In this document: positions 20,861-30,557 of the stretch, piece by piece
How the letters are laid out: every line of letters begins with the position of its first letter
Numbering within the stretch: position 1 is the stretch's first letter
NCBI GenBank assembly: GCA_964451145.1
Contig: CAYVHK010000004.1
Coordinates: 3,844 to 67,843, forward strand
DNA from: an uncultured bacterium
GTDB taxonomy: Bacteria; Poribacteria; WGA-4E; UBA9662
Reading direction: 5' to 3'
DNA: 64,000 nucleotides
Notes under the pieces: generated by a model
Databases searched by the model: none
Told to the model about the DNA's origin: nothing
Seen by the model: the letters and a program-made list of their open reading frames with translations, nothing else
Translations under genes and position numbers: made by a program

Positions 20861-22183
20861 TCAGAAGGTACTTTGTGCTGTTGTTGATGAGCACCAACGA
20901 GATCGCCATAGAAAGTCAAACATGGTTGTTTCTGATTGGTCAGTACCTATACGTCTCAATGCTTCCAATGAATTAGCTCTTACGTATCGATTTTGGTCTT
21001 GAAGAGCTGTGGCTAGTTCGGCTGTAGCTGATTTCGCCAATGGACCCAATCGTGCTAGAGCTAGAGAAGCATTTCGTTTTACCCATTCGTCATTGTCTTG
21101 TAAACCAATAGCGAGAGCTGGCACTACCTTATCAGATTGTTGACCAACTAAACCAAGTGCGTCAATACTAGCCCGGCGAATTGTCGGGTCGTTATCGTTA
21201 GCGACTGAGATAAGTTGATCCAAAATGTTAGTTGCCTCGAAACTCAGATCGCCCAGAGTATCAATAGCAGAGGCTCGTATGGATGAGTCTGCATGGTTGA
21301 TTAGCTTGGCGAGAGGTTCGACTGCCATTTTTCCCATGGCTGATAAACCGTAACTTGCATTCTGCCGAATGATTGCATTGGTTCCAGTCATTACAGAAAG
21401 CAAATCCGAAATGACGGATTCTCCTTGTTCACTCAGTTGATAGGCTGATTGGATGGCCAGAGCTTCATCCGACTTTGCTAAATCTTGGATTGAGGCTTCA
21501 TTCGTAGTTGATGTGATTTGGACTGAGTCGCCAGTGTGCCATCTCCACATTGCCTGATGTAGTGGATTACTGACTTGCCAATTGCGAGTCTGATTTTCTT
21601 TGGGCTCTTCCATTCGGGTAAATAGGAATTTTAACATGAACCGTTTACGATCAGTCTCGTTAGGCATCGCTCGATGCCACAGGTCGTAGTGTACAAGGAC
21701 CACAGTTCCAGCTTCTCCATCTAAAGCTACCTCATTCATTGTCCCTGGACTATGGTTCAAATAATGGCTGCCAGGCGTAATGCCTGTTGGTCCTTGCTCA
21801 ACCGGCGTATCTTGTGGATAGTAAAAAGCCATAGTCCAACGGGTATGATGCCGCCGTTTAGACCATGAATCTTTGTGTAAGTTTTGACCACTACTTCCAG
21901 GACTATTAAAGTGTGGGTGTCGGTGTGGATGAGCATAGTAATTTGGCCCATTAATGCTGACTAAAGCTCCTTTTATCACAGGATCAGTTAAAATTTCCTG
22001 AATCTCAGGGATTCGAGGCACCATATTATTACCTGGATTTCCTTCCTTCTCAAATATGGTCTCCATTTGTTTGAAAATCTGCTGATGCAGTTCTTTTGGC
22101 CGACTGCTCTTAAGACTAATATAACCATTCCTAATATAAAACTGAAGTTGGGAATCGGTTAATAAGTGGTTGTCTAAGGCCAT
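20861..22183 (-). CDS. PhyH-family dioxygenase fused to C-terminal PBS-lyase-type HEAT repeats
   Basis: 440 aa; N-terminal PhyH core (LHKDS...H), C-terminal repeats DSSIRASAIDTLG / DPTIRRASIDALG / DEWVKRNASLALARLG / NRYVRANSLEALRRIG; paralog of 30558-31925. Confidence 0.65.
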   Translation of the reverse strand: MALDNHLLTDSQLQFYIRNGYISLKSSRPKELHQQIFKQMETIFEKEGNPGNNMVPRIPEIQEILTDPVIKGALVSINGPNYYAHPHRHPHFNSPGSSGQNLHKDSWSKRRHHTRWTMAFYYPQDTPVEQGPTGITPGSHYLNHSPGTMNEVALDGEAGTVVLVHYDLWHRAMPNETDRKRFMLKFLFTRMEEPKENQTRNWQVSNPLHQAMWRWHTGDSVQITSTTNEASIQDLAKSDEALAIQSAYQLSEQGESVISDLLSVMTGTNAIIRQNASYGLSAMGKMAVEPLAKLINHADSSIRASAIDTLGDLSFEATNILDQLISVANDNDPTIRRASIDALGLVGQQSDKVVPALAIGLQDNDEWVKRNASLALARLGPLAKSATAELATALQDQNRYVRANSLEALRRIGTDQSETTMFDFLWRSRWCSSTTAQSTF

Positions 22184-22228
22184 TTTTTGCTCCTATTCGG
22201 TGGTGAAATTTGTTTGATATTTTGTTCA

Positions 22229-22963
22229 TTAACCCGAATTATACCGAGATAATTCAGTGTTGATCTCTTGTGAAATTTCAACTGCTTGTCTTAGTCTATC
22301 AACTTGATTTCTGAGTTGGTTGTTGTAATCTTGGGTAATGGGTTCGCTTAGAAAGATAATAGTTTCATGTAAGGCAGTCAGCGAAGAATTGATATCACGG
22401 TCAAGCCGTTCTAGATCAGTATTGAATTTTTTCAATTTTTCTAACTGTTGTTTTAGTTTCCTGCCTTTGGCTATCAGCTTTGATTGGATTTGGATATCGT
22501 CTTCTTCCGCTATTGCTGAGTGGTTTCTCTCTAAATCAGTTCGCAATGTTAGCACATCTGTCTGAGCTAATTTCTGTCGGTATTGATTTCGTTGTTCAAT
22601 GACTACAGCAGTTTCTGATTTTAAAATACGGAAGGTACTTGGAATTTCAGCTGCTATAAATTGTTTATCCATTTTATTATCAACCAACTGGTTGAAGGCG
22701 ATCTCCAATTCAACTAAGCGTTCTAGGTCCAATCGTCCGGTTTCATCTAGTTGATCCATTAAATTCTGATGGGTATCGGGGGGGATCCACTTTCTGGATC
22801 TTGATTTAGGACGGGTGGGCTTGATTGGAAGGAGTGCCAATTTCTCAGACATAGCCAGAACAGCTAATCCAGGAGCAACACCCGCTAATCCAAACGATTT
22901 TAGTAACCAGACAACCGTTAGTAGCGTAGCAGCTAAAATTGCCACCAAAATCAATCTTTGCAT
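22229..22963 (-). CDS. hypothetical membrane-anchored coiled-coil protein
   Basis: 244 aa; N-terminal TM helix, remainder coiled-coil-like. Confidence 0.45.
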   Translation of the reverse strand: MQRLILVAILAATLLTVVWLLKSFGLAGVAPGLAVLAMSEKLALLPIKPTRPKSRSRKWIPPDTHQNLMDQLDETGRLDLERLVELEIAFNQLVDNKMDKQFIAAEIPSTFRILKSETAVVIEQRNQYRQKLAQTDVLTLRTDLERNHSAIAEEDDIQIQSKLIAKGRKLKQQLEKLKKFNTDLERLDRDINSSLTALHETIIFLSEPITQDYNNQLRNQVDRLRQAVEISQEINTELSRYNSG

Positions 22964-23079
22964 TAGAGGAAAACTTGAAAGGCAAACGTAAGTCCTGTTA
23001 TTCTAGCACAGACTGCTGAGTGTTTCAAATTTCGACTAATACTAAACTATAAGTAATAGATAATTGATAATCCATTTTC

Positions 23080-23685
23080 ATGACTGACCTGAACCATCTT
23101 TTTCCTGAAATTACGCTAGCATCAGCTTCACCACGTCGCTGCAGCTTATTACAACAAATCGGATTGCAGTTCACTGTTTTTCCTAGCCAGATTCAGGAAC
23201 CAGAAATTGAAGATGGTACTATCGAAAAAATCGCACAGGGAGTTCAAGAATTAGCATTACTAAAAGCTACCAATGTAGCTCAAAAAAAGACAGGGTTGAT
23301 AATTGGCTCGGATACAACGGTTGCATTTGAAGCAAAATCACTTGGGAAACCCAAGGGACGAGATGAGGCTATAAAAATGCTGGAAATGTTGAGCAACGAC
23401 GAACACCAAGTTTTAACTGGTGTAGCATTAGTTGATGTTAATCAAAACCGAAAAAGCGTATGGTACGAGCAAACAAAGGTTTTTTTCCGATCTTTGACTC
23501 AAAATGAAATTGAAAATTATGTTGCCTGTGGTGAAGCTGACGACAAAGCGGGCTCTTATGGTATTCAAGGCAAAGCGGCTATCTTTGTTCAAAAAATTGA
23601 AGGATGCTATTTTAACGTGGTGGGTTTACCGTTAGCTAGATTAGTTCAACAGATGCGAATTCTGGGTGATTTGACTAACTACTAG
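23080..23685 (+). CDS. maf: Maf-like nucleoside triphosphate pyrophosphatase
   Basis: 201 aa; LASASPRR...GSDT...K motifs of Maf family. Confidence 0.85.
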   Translation: MTDLNHLFPEITLASASPRRCSLLQQIGLQFTVFPSQIQEPEIEDGTIEKIAQGVQELALLKATNVAQKKTGLIIGSDTTVAFEAKSLGKPKGRDEAIKMLEMLSNDEHQVLTGVALVDVNQNRKSVWYEQTKVFFRSLTQNEIENYVACGEADDKAGSYGIQGKAAIFVQKIEGCYFNVVGLPLARLVQQMRILGDLTNY

Positions 23686-23691
23686 TATCTA

Positions 23692-24906
23692 CTACTTCTG
23701 TAGTTGGGCTAAAGTGGCTGATAGACGTTCGACCTGTTCTCGGCGGATCCGTTTGTGGACACGGTCGGATACTTGCCCCTTTTTGTGCATTTCGTCCAGA
23801 TGAGCGATAAACTCTAACCGAATACTTTTTGTCGATTCTAAGTCGTTAGTGCCTGATTTCCCTAGCCAACTAGCATCGGGAACTGCTTCTGTTACTCCAG
23901 ATATAATAGGCTCTACTAGGCTAGATTTCCGAATACGTAGCACTAATGTTAAAACAAATCCTATTATGCAAACAATCAGACCAACTATTAGTACAATCAA
24001 TAATGTCGTTGAAGAAGGGGCGTTTTTCAATTGTATCTGGATTGTTTCTCCCTTAACAATTGGAGCAGTTGTTTGGTAAGCTGCATAGACAACGTTGTGT
24101 ATGGTTTGCGATGACTTGTCCCCTAAGTTTTTCGATTGAACAAAAAACGGAAGAGAATCGGGGATTAATAGTTGAAAATTTTGAGTCTGGAATGGTTGTA
24201 TTCGAGATAGATCAATAACCTTATTGACATGCAAGATATAAGAGATTGTTAAGTCTGTTTGTCCGCTAAGAATTGGAGCTGGTATCTGTACTGGGTTTTG
24301 ATTTAGGTTCTCACTAGTAAATTCCATATTTGCACTCCCGACCTGAATTTGTTCCGCTCCTGCTGGCAAAACCATTAAACAACCCATCATCTGCCCATTA
24401 ATTTCTTGTCGAAATCTGAATGGACTAGTATTTTCTAGCCGTAAAATTTCAAGGGCTTGGACAGCTTCACCATGTGCATGGTCAGGTAACGGCCGGAGAA
24501 TCAGTGAATGACGTAGTATTTTAATTACTTGGGGATCATTAGTGAAAGCGTTTAGGTTCAGATCAACTGTAATAGAAGTTGCCCATTTGGTGATCATAAT
24601 GTCCTTTTCTTGCTCAGTGTTTCCTTCGAATTCAGTAGAAACACTGTAATGGGTAGACAAACTGATGGGCAAATCCTGAAACTCATAGCGGCCGTCTTTA
24701 TTGGTTTTAGCTTCCCAACGATTAGCTGATTTCTTATCTTCCTGAATCTCATCTTATATTACCTACTGGTTGGCAATTGGTTGATTTTGATCAAAATCGA
24801 AGACTCGGCCTTGAATTTGACCGGTTTGAGCAATTAAAAAGGTCGGGACCAATACCAAAAACATTAACACCAAGCAATGATAAGATAAATTGTTAATTTT
24901 TCCCAT
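23692..24906 (-). CDS. secreted carboxypeptidase-regulatory-like-domain membrane protein, interrupted by in-frame TAG (24763-24765) and TAA (24754-24756)
   Basis: ATG at 24904-24906 (overlaps upstream stop, TGATG) gives a signal peptide MGKINNLSYHCLVLMFLVLVPTFLIAQTGQIQGRVFDFDQNQPIANQ-*-VI-*-DEIQEDKKSANRWEAKTNKDGRYEFQDLPISLSTHYSVS... that matches the CarbopepD_reg pattern and runs in frame into ORF 23692-24672. Confidence 0.55.
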
Positions 24907-25346
24907 CACTGTTTGGTCCGCTTGTATTTTTCAATTTCGATTTCAGCTTCAGCAAAAACGGTTTCAAGCAGAACTGGCGGAGAGTCAGCAAGCGATTGGT
25001 GTTTTTTTTCTTTTAAATCCACTTTTTGTAGAATTTCGACAGTTTCTTGTAAAAGTAGTTGTTTCAACTGGTTATAATCTTCAGCCGAGATTTTGCCAAC
25101 TTCGTGATCTTCTTCCAAATCGGCTAAAGCTCCGTAATATTGTTCTCGATCGATGACTTGTGCCAATATATTAGAATTATCCGCCAATATGGTTGTTTGA
25201 TCACGTCGAAAAATAGGACGGGCAATGAAAAAAAAGGTTGGAATACAGAGAATCAGTACCCAAAGTAGAATAATCATGTGGTTTAATTCGAAGAGATGGC
25301 CTAACTTTCTTTTCTTTTTTAGTTGGTATTTAGGGGCAATAGGCAA
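24906..25346 (-). CDS. hypothetical membrane protein
   Basis: 146 aa; one TM segment; stop overlaps next start. Confidence 0.45.
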   Translation of the reverse strand: MPIAPKYQLKKKRKLGHLFELNHMIILLWVLILCIPTFFFIARPIFRRDQTTILADNSNILAQVIDREQYYGALADLEEDHEVGKISAEDYNQLKQLLLQETVEILQKVDLKEKKHQSLADSPPVLLETVFAEAEIEIEKYKRTKQ

Positions 25347-25402
25347 AGAATCCCGATTCTAATTTAGCATGTATACATACAGTAACAGTTAGAAAATAAA
25401 AA

Positions 25403-25443
25403 AGGGAAATCAGAGTTATCTCCAATTTCCCTTTGTATAGCAA
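25403..25443 (-). terminator. rho-independent terminator downstream of ompA-like gene
   Basis: On minus strand: AAGGGAAAT-14 nt loop-ATTTCCCTT (9-bp perfect stem) followed by TTTTTATTTT. Confidence 0.5.
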
Positions 25444-25457
25444 TTTTTCTTTAATTA

Positions 25458-26360
25458 CTAGCCGGCAGGTTGTAGTATAACCTCAACTCTGCGGTTGGCA
25501 GCGCGACCAGCTTTTGTATTTACGGGGGCAACTGGATTGGTATGACCTTTTCCAACTGATTCGATTGAATGTGGTACACCATTATCCTTCAAGTACTTAG
25601 CAACAGTATCTGCACGAGCTTGTGAGAGTCCCCAATTACTCCGGTAACGACCACCAAGAACAGGTGTTCCATCAGCATGTCCTACGACCAAAATCGTAGC
25701 GTCCGCTGGCGCAGACTGGGCGGCCTCAACGACAGCATCAAGTGCAGCCTGAGCATCGGCATTCAAACTAGCGCCACCACTGCCAAAATTGACAATAGCA
25801 ACAGTTTGGGGTTTTGTAGCGATTGCAACCTGATTAGCCGTAATATCTTCTTTGGTATCCGCAATAGCGGCTTCGAGCTTGTCTAATGCTTCAGCTTGTG
25901 TCTGCGACTTATCGTTTAAACGACTAACTCTAGTTAGGACTTTCTCATCACCATCGGCCACAGCTTTCATGGCCTTATCAGCTACACTTTTGGCTGTTGC
26001 TGTTAAGTCTTCACGCACAGCCGTATCTAGACCTTTGGCAAAATCTTGGGCAGCACTAATTGTGTCTGCATCGCCTTGTTCTGCGACGGCAACAGCAGCT
26101 TCTTTGGCTTGCTGAATATCGCCGGACAAAGCTTCGTTTTGTGCATCAACTTTGCCATCCAATTCAGAAACACGATCACTCAGAGCCTGATCCGCTTTGT
26201 CAACCTTGGACTGGAACCCTTCGTGTGCTTGACCTTCTTTGTCAGTGTAACCGTCTAGCCAGTTAGTGAACTCTTTTTCAGTTTTGATCCAGCCACAACC
26301 TGAAAAAATTACACTAAACACAAACACAGAAAGAAGCGATAGCATAAATGTTTTTTTCAT
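25458..26360 (-). CDS. OmpA-family lipoprotein (coiled-coil N-terminal half, OmpA C-like peptidoglycan-binding domain)
   Basis: Lipobox ...FSGC; C-terminal ...NADAQAALDAV...VVGHADGTPV...NWGLSQARADTVAKYL...NRRVEVIL. Confidence 0.8.
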   Translation of the reverse strand: MKKTFMLSLLSVFVFSVIFSGCGWIKTEKEFTNWLDGYTDKEGQAHEGFQSKVDKADQALSDRVSELDGKVDAQNEALSGDIQQAKEAAVAVAEQGDADTISAAQDFAKGLDTAVREDLTATAKSVADKAMKAVADGDEKVLTRVSRLNDKSQTQAEALDKLEAAIADTKEDITANQVAIATKPQTVAIVNFGSGGASLNADAQAALDAVVEAAQSAPADATILVVGHADGTPVLGGRYRSNWGLSQARADTVAKYLKDNGVPHSIESVGKGHTNPVAPVNTKAGRAANRRVEVILQPAG

Positions 26361-26591
26361 CAGTTCCTCCTCGAAAAGAACCTTGCAATATAGAGTTAAA
26401 AAGAAAACATTGAACCCGTACTGAGTCGTAAATCAAGCGATCATCCAGCCCTGATCAGCGACCCGAACCCACCGGCGAATTTTAGCATATGCTCATGTTT
26501 AATACAAGCATTATTCATTTTTGTTACTATATCACATGTTTAAATTATTGATTCAGCATGTTATAATAACCGCGTTTCCCAGGAGATCTTT

Positions 26592-27791
26592 ATGTCTTTA
26601 TCCCCTCATAAAATCGCTATGCTCGGTACAGGGTTTATAGCCGATTTTTATACCTCTACGTTACATAGCCAACGTGGTATTGATCGTGTACAAGCAGTTT
26701 ATTCTCGGTCAAAAGATCGAGCGAAAGTATTTCAATCGAAATGGAATGTACCACATGGTAGCGATAGTTTAGAAGAAACCGTGAATCGAGATGATATCGA
26801 TACCGTTATTATTGGATTACCCAATCACCGCCATGAAGAAGCTGTTCTGGCTGCTGCTAATGCTGGGAAAGCTATCTTATGCACAAAACCATTGGGCCGA
26901 AATGCGGCTGAGTCAAAACGGATGTTAGAGGCCGTGCAATCAGCCGAGGTATTTCATGGTTATTTGGAAGATCTGGTTTATCCTCCCAAAACGCTAAAAG
27001 CTCTTCAATCGGTAAAAAATGGGGCTTTGGGTAAAGTGCTGTGGGTTCGATCCCGAGAGACGCATCCCGGTCCGCATAGTGATTGGTTTTGGAATAACGA
27101 AATGGCAGGAGGAGGAGCCATTATCGATATGGGTTGTCACTGTGTTGAAATTATTCGTAACTTCATTGGTAAAGGGGTACGGCCAGTTGAAGTTATGTGT
27201 TGGGCTGATACGTTGGTTCATCCTATCGAAGCTGAAGACCATGGCATTGGTTTAATCCGGTTTGAAAACGGAGCCATGGGACAATTCGAAGTTAGTTGGG
27301 CTTTTCGTGGAGGTATGGACTTACGAGACGAAGTGTCGGGTTCCGAAGGCACAATTTGGCTTAATCATTTGTTGAGAAACGGTTATGAAATGTATACATC
27401 AGAAAGTAAATGTTGATACGAAGCTGAGAAAGCAGAAGGTGATACCGGTTGGTTATTTCCGGTTGGTGATGAAGCTGCTGAACTTGGTTATACCGACATG
27501 TTCAAGGAGATGTTTACTTGCTTAGATAATGACACAGAACCAATGGAAACCTTCTATGACGGATACATAGTCAACACTATCATTGATGCTTGCTACCGAT
27601 CAGCCGAAACTCGTCAATGGGAAACTATTGAACTCGATATTTGGCAAGGTGATGAAGGTGTAGAACATGTTAGAGCTATAACCGAGTTAGACGGTAAAAT
27701 TGTAATTAAGACTGAAGTTATGCCCGATGGTAGAACTAAGCAGATTTTAAAAGACGCTGAGAGTGGTGAAATTAGTGAACAACTATTATGA
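26592..27791 (+). CDS. Gfo/Idh/MocA-family oxidoreductase, full length with an in-frame TGA at 27414-27416
   Basis: N-terminal Rossmann ([10 protein letters not shown]), C-terminal GFO_IDH_MocA_C continues in the same frame after the TGA (…[22 protein letters not shown]…[10 protein letters not shown]…[11 protein letters not shown]); the TGA aligns with Gly of paralog 54025-55134. Confidence 0.7.
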
Positions 27792-27822
27792 TCGGTTGAA
27801 ATTTTGAAATAGGGCCTTGTTA

Positions 27823-30516
27823 TTATTTATCAGCCTTGCTTTTCAAATCGTAAAGCAGTTTGAGTGCATCTAGAGGTGTTATTCGATCGATGTCCAATTT
27901 TTTCAGTTTTTCGACAATAGGGTGAGTTTTTCGGCTGAACATAGCCATTTGTACTGTATCCGATTTGAAAGTTGGTTGAATGGACTTTTTACGGAAATTT
28001 AATTGTCTGGGCAATATTGAAATATCGATTGACTCATTCTCATTTTCTCCATCAACACTCAAATTGTGCTTCTCAAGTACCTCCAAAATTTCGTAGGCTC
28101 GATCAATGACCAATCGGGGCAATCCTGCTAATTGAGCTACGTGGATGCCGTAGCTTTGATCAGTTCCTCCTTCCACTATGCGTCGTAAAAATGTAATCTG
28201 TTCGTCGTCTTCTTGAACTGCCACGTTATAATTTTTGGCTAAAGGATACTTGTTGGCTAGTTCAACCAATTCATGATAGTGAGTAGCAAATAGTGTTTTG
28301 GCTCCGATTAATTTCTGATCTAAAATATATTCGGCCACGGCCCATGCAATACTGATACCGTCAAAGGTACTGGTTCCTCTGCCAATTTCGTCCAAAATAA
28401 TTAAACTTCGATTAGTCGCATTATTGAGAATATTAGCCGTTTCGTTCATTTCTACTAAAAAAGTACTTTGACCTTTTACCAAATTATCGGAAGCCCCCAC
28501 TCGTGTAAAAATACGGTCTACTAATCCTATTTCGGCTGCCGATGCTGGTACAAAGCTACCGATCTGAGCTAATAGAGTAATCAAAGCTACCTGCCGTAAA
28601 AAGGTTGATTTGCCACTCATGTTAGGTCCAGTGATAACATGAAGTTGTTGCTTGTTGCAATTAAGAACAACATTGTTGGGAACAAATCCTTCTTCTTGAA
28701 ATAATTGCTCAACGACCGGATGCCGACCATCCTTTATCACGATCTCATTTCCATCATTGACCAATGGTTTGGTATAGTCAAATTTAGAAGCTAAATAGGC
28801 AAAATTGGCTAAAGCATCAATAGTAGAAATGGCACTCGCAACTTTTTGTATAGATTCTGTTTCTTCTGCTACTTTGGTCCGAATCTGACAAAATAAATCA
28901 TATTCTAATGATTGTAGTTTTTCCTCTGCATTTAGGATTTTGTCTTCGTATTCCTTGAGTTCAGGTGTAATGTATCGTTCAGAATTGGTTAACGTTTGTT
29001 TTCGAATATAATCTTCGGGAACCAAATCAAGGTTAGTTTTGGTTACATCTATGTAGTAACCAAAAACTTTATTAAACCCAACTTTGAGTGAACTAATGCC
29101 AGTTCGCTCACGTTCTTGTTGTTGCAACTGAGCAATCCAGTCTTTTCCTGAGTTAGATAATTGGCGTAATTCATCTACTTCAGAGTTGTATCCATCTCGA
29201 ATCAGATTGCCATCGGTGATTGTAGTCGGGGGATCAGGATGAATGGCAGATTCAATCAGCATGGATAACGGTCTTACTAAATGATCCGTATTTTTTAGAA
29301 TATCATTTAGTTTTTGTAATAGAGCTGTGTTTGATTGTGCCAACAACTGTTGAATTGGCTGGATCATTTGGAGTGAAATTTTTAAAGATAAAATCTCTCG
29401 AGCATTGCTGACACCTAAGTTAATTCGTGTAATTAGCCTTTCAATATCGTAAATTTGATCTAATGCCTCTCTCAACTCCTCTTGTAAATTGATCTGTGTT
29501 TTAAATTCTTCGACTGCATCTAGGCGAGTGTTAACCAGATCTACTTCTAATAACGGTTGCATTATCCATTGCCTAAGCTTGCGACCACCCATGGAAGTAA
29601 TCGTATTATCTATGATGGATATTAGGGTTCCGGTTTCCGTTCGATCTCGCATCGATTTGGTTAATTCGAGATTTCGTTGTGTATCGGAATCCAAGACCAT
29701 AAAGTTAGCTGTGGAATAAGTCTGCAGAGTTGTCAGATGTTCAACCGCTTGTTTTTGTGTTTCCATTATGTAGTACATTAATGCTCCTGCTGCACAAGTA
29801 GCAGAAAGCAGATGTTCACAACCAAAACCATCTAACGAAGCTGTGGCAAAGTGCTGAAGCAATTCCAAACGAGCATTCTCGTGGTTAAATCGCCAATCAG
29901 GGATGAAATTAATGGTCGTTTCTAGGTCAAGGCGAATTTTCTCAAAGAGATCATTGTTTTTGTATTCTTCAGAAAAAAGGCATTCGCGAGGCAAAAATCG
30001 GTTAATTTCAGCCCAAAGACAGGATTCGTCTTCTAATTCTGTAACAGAAAATTCACCAGTTGATAAATCAGCCACAGCCAAACCATAATTCTGTGAGCGC
30101 TTAGGAGTATAGATGGCACACAGGTAGTTGTTTGCTTTTTGATCTAGTGCATCAAGATCAGTGACTGTACCCGGTGTTACTACACGTACCACGTCCCGTT
30201 TTACAATTCCTTTAGCTTTTTTGGCATCCTCCATCTGTTCGCAGATTGCGACCTTATGTCCCGCAGCCACGAGTTTGTAAAGATGACCGTTTAGTGCGTG
30301 ATGTGGCACGCCCGACATTGGAATCCGGTTACCGCTCTTATCTTTATCTCGTCCAGTTAGTGCGATACCTAGAACTCGAGAAATGAGTTCGGCATCTTGA
30401 TTGAAGGCTTCGTAAAAATCACCCACACGGCATAGCAAAATAGCATCGGCATACTGATGCTTCAATTCGTTGTACTGATCCATCAAACTTTTTTTTTGCT
30501 TTTTATGATGAGTCAA
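27823..30516 (-). CDS. mutS: DNA mismatch repair protein MutS
   Basis: 897 aa; Walker A GPNMSGKST, MutS domains I-V. Confidence 0.9.
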   Translation of the reverse strand: MTHHKKQKKSLMDQYNELKHQYADAILLCRVGDFYEAFNQDAELISRVLGIALTGRDKDKSGNRIPMSGVPHHALNGHLYKLVAAGHKVAICEQMEDAKKAKGIVKRDVVRVVTPGTVTDLDALDQKANNYLCAIYTPKRSQNYGLAVADLSTGEFSVTELEDESCLWAEINRFLPRECLFSEEYKNNDLFEKIRLDLETTINFIPDWRFNHENARLELLQHFATASLDGFGCEHLLSATCAAGALMYYIMETQKQAVEHLTTLQTYSTANFMVLDSDTQRNLELTKSMRDRTETGTLISIIDNTITSMGGRKLRQWIMQPLLEVDLVNTRLDAVEEFKTQINLQEELREALDQIYDIERLITRINLGVSNAREILSLKISLQMIQPIQQLLAQSNTALLQKLNDILKNTDHLVRPLSMLIESAIHPDPPTTITDGNLIRDGYNSEVDELRQLSNSGKDWIAQLQQQERERTGISSLKVGFNKVFGYYIDVTKTNLDLVPEDYIRKQTLTNSERYITPELKEYEDKILNAEEKLQSLEYDLFCQIRTKVAEETESIQKVASAISTIDALANFAYLASKFDYTKPLVNDGNEIVIKDGRHPVVEQLFQEEGFVPNNVVLNCNKQQLHVITGPNMSGKSTFLRQVALITLLAQIGSFVPASAAEIGLVDRIFTRVGASDNLVKGQSTFLVEMNETANILNNATNRSLIILDEIGRGTSTFDGISIAWAVAEYILDQKLIGAKTLFATHYHELVELANKYPLAKNYNVAVQEDDEQITFLRRIVEGGTDQSYGIHVAQLAGLPRLVIDRAYEILEVLEKHNLSVDGENENESIDISILPRQLNFRKKSIQPTFKSDTVQMAMFSRKTHPIVEKLKKLDIDRITPLDALKLLYDLKSKADK

Positions 30517-30557
30517 AGTTACTATCCTTATCTGTTCTGTCGAATTGGATTAGCCGC

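Noticed and set aside
20854-20863. PhyH-HEAT gene and downstream PhyH gene lie in the same frame, separated only by TGA + 2 codons (possible Sec/readthrough fusion)
   Set aside because: Same-frame adjacency has a 1/3 chance. Paralog 30558-31925 ends at the equivalent point with nothing fused, and the downstream gene has its own start and a normal PhyH N-terminus.
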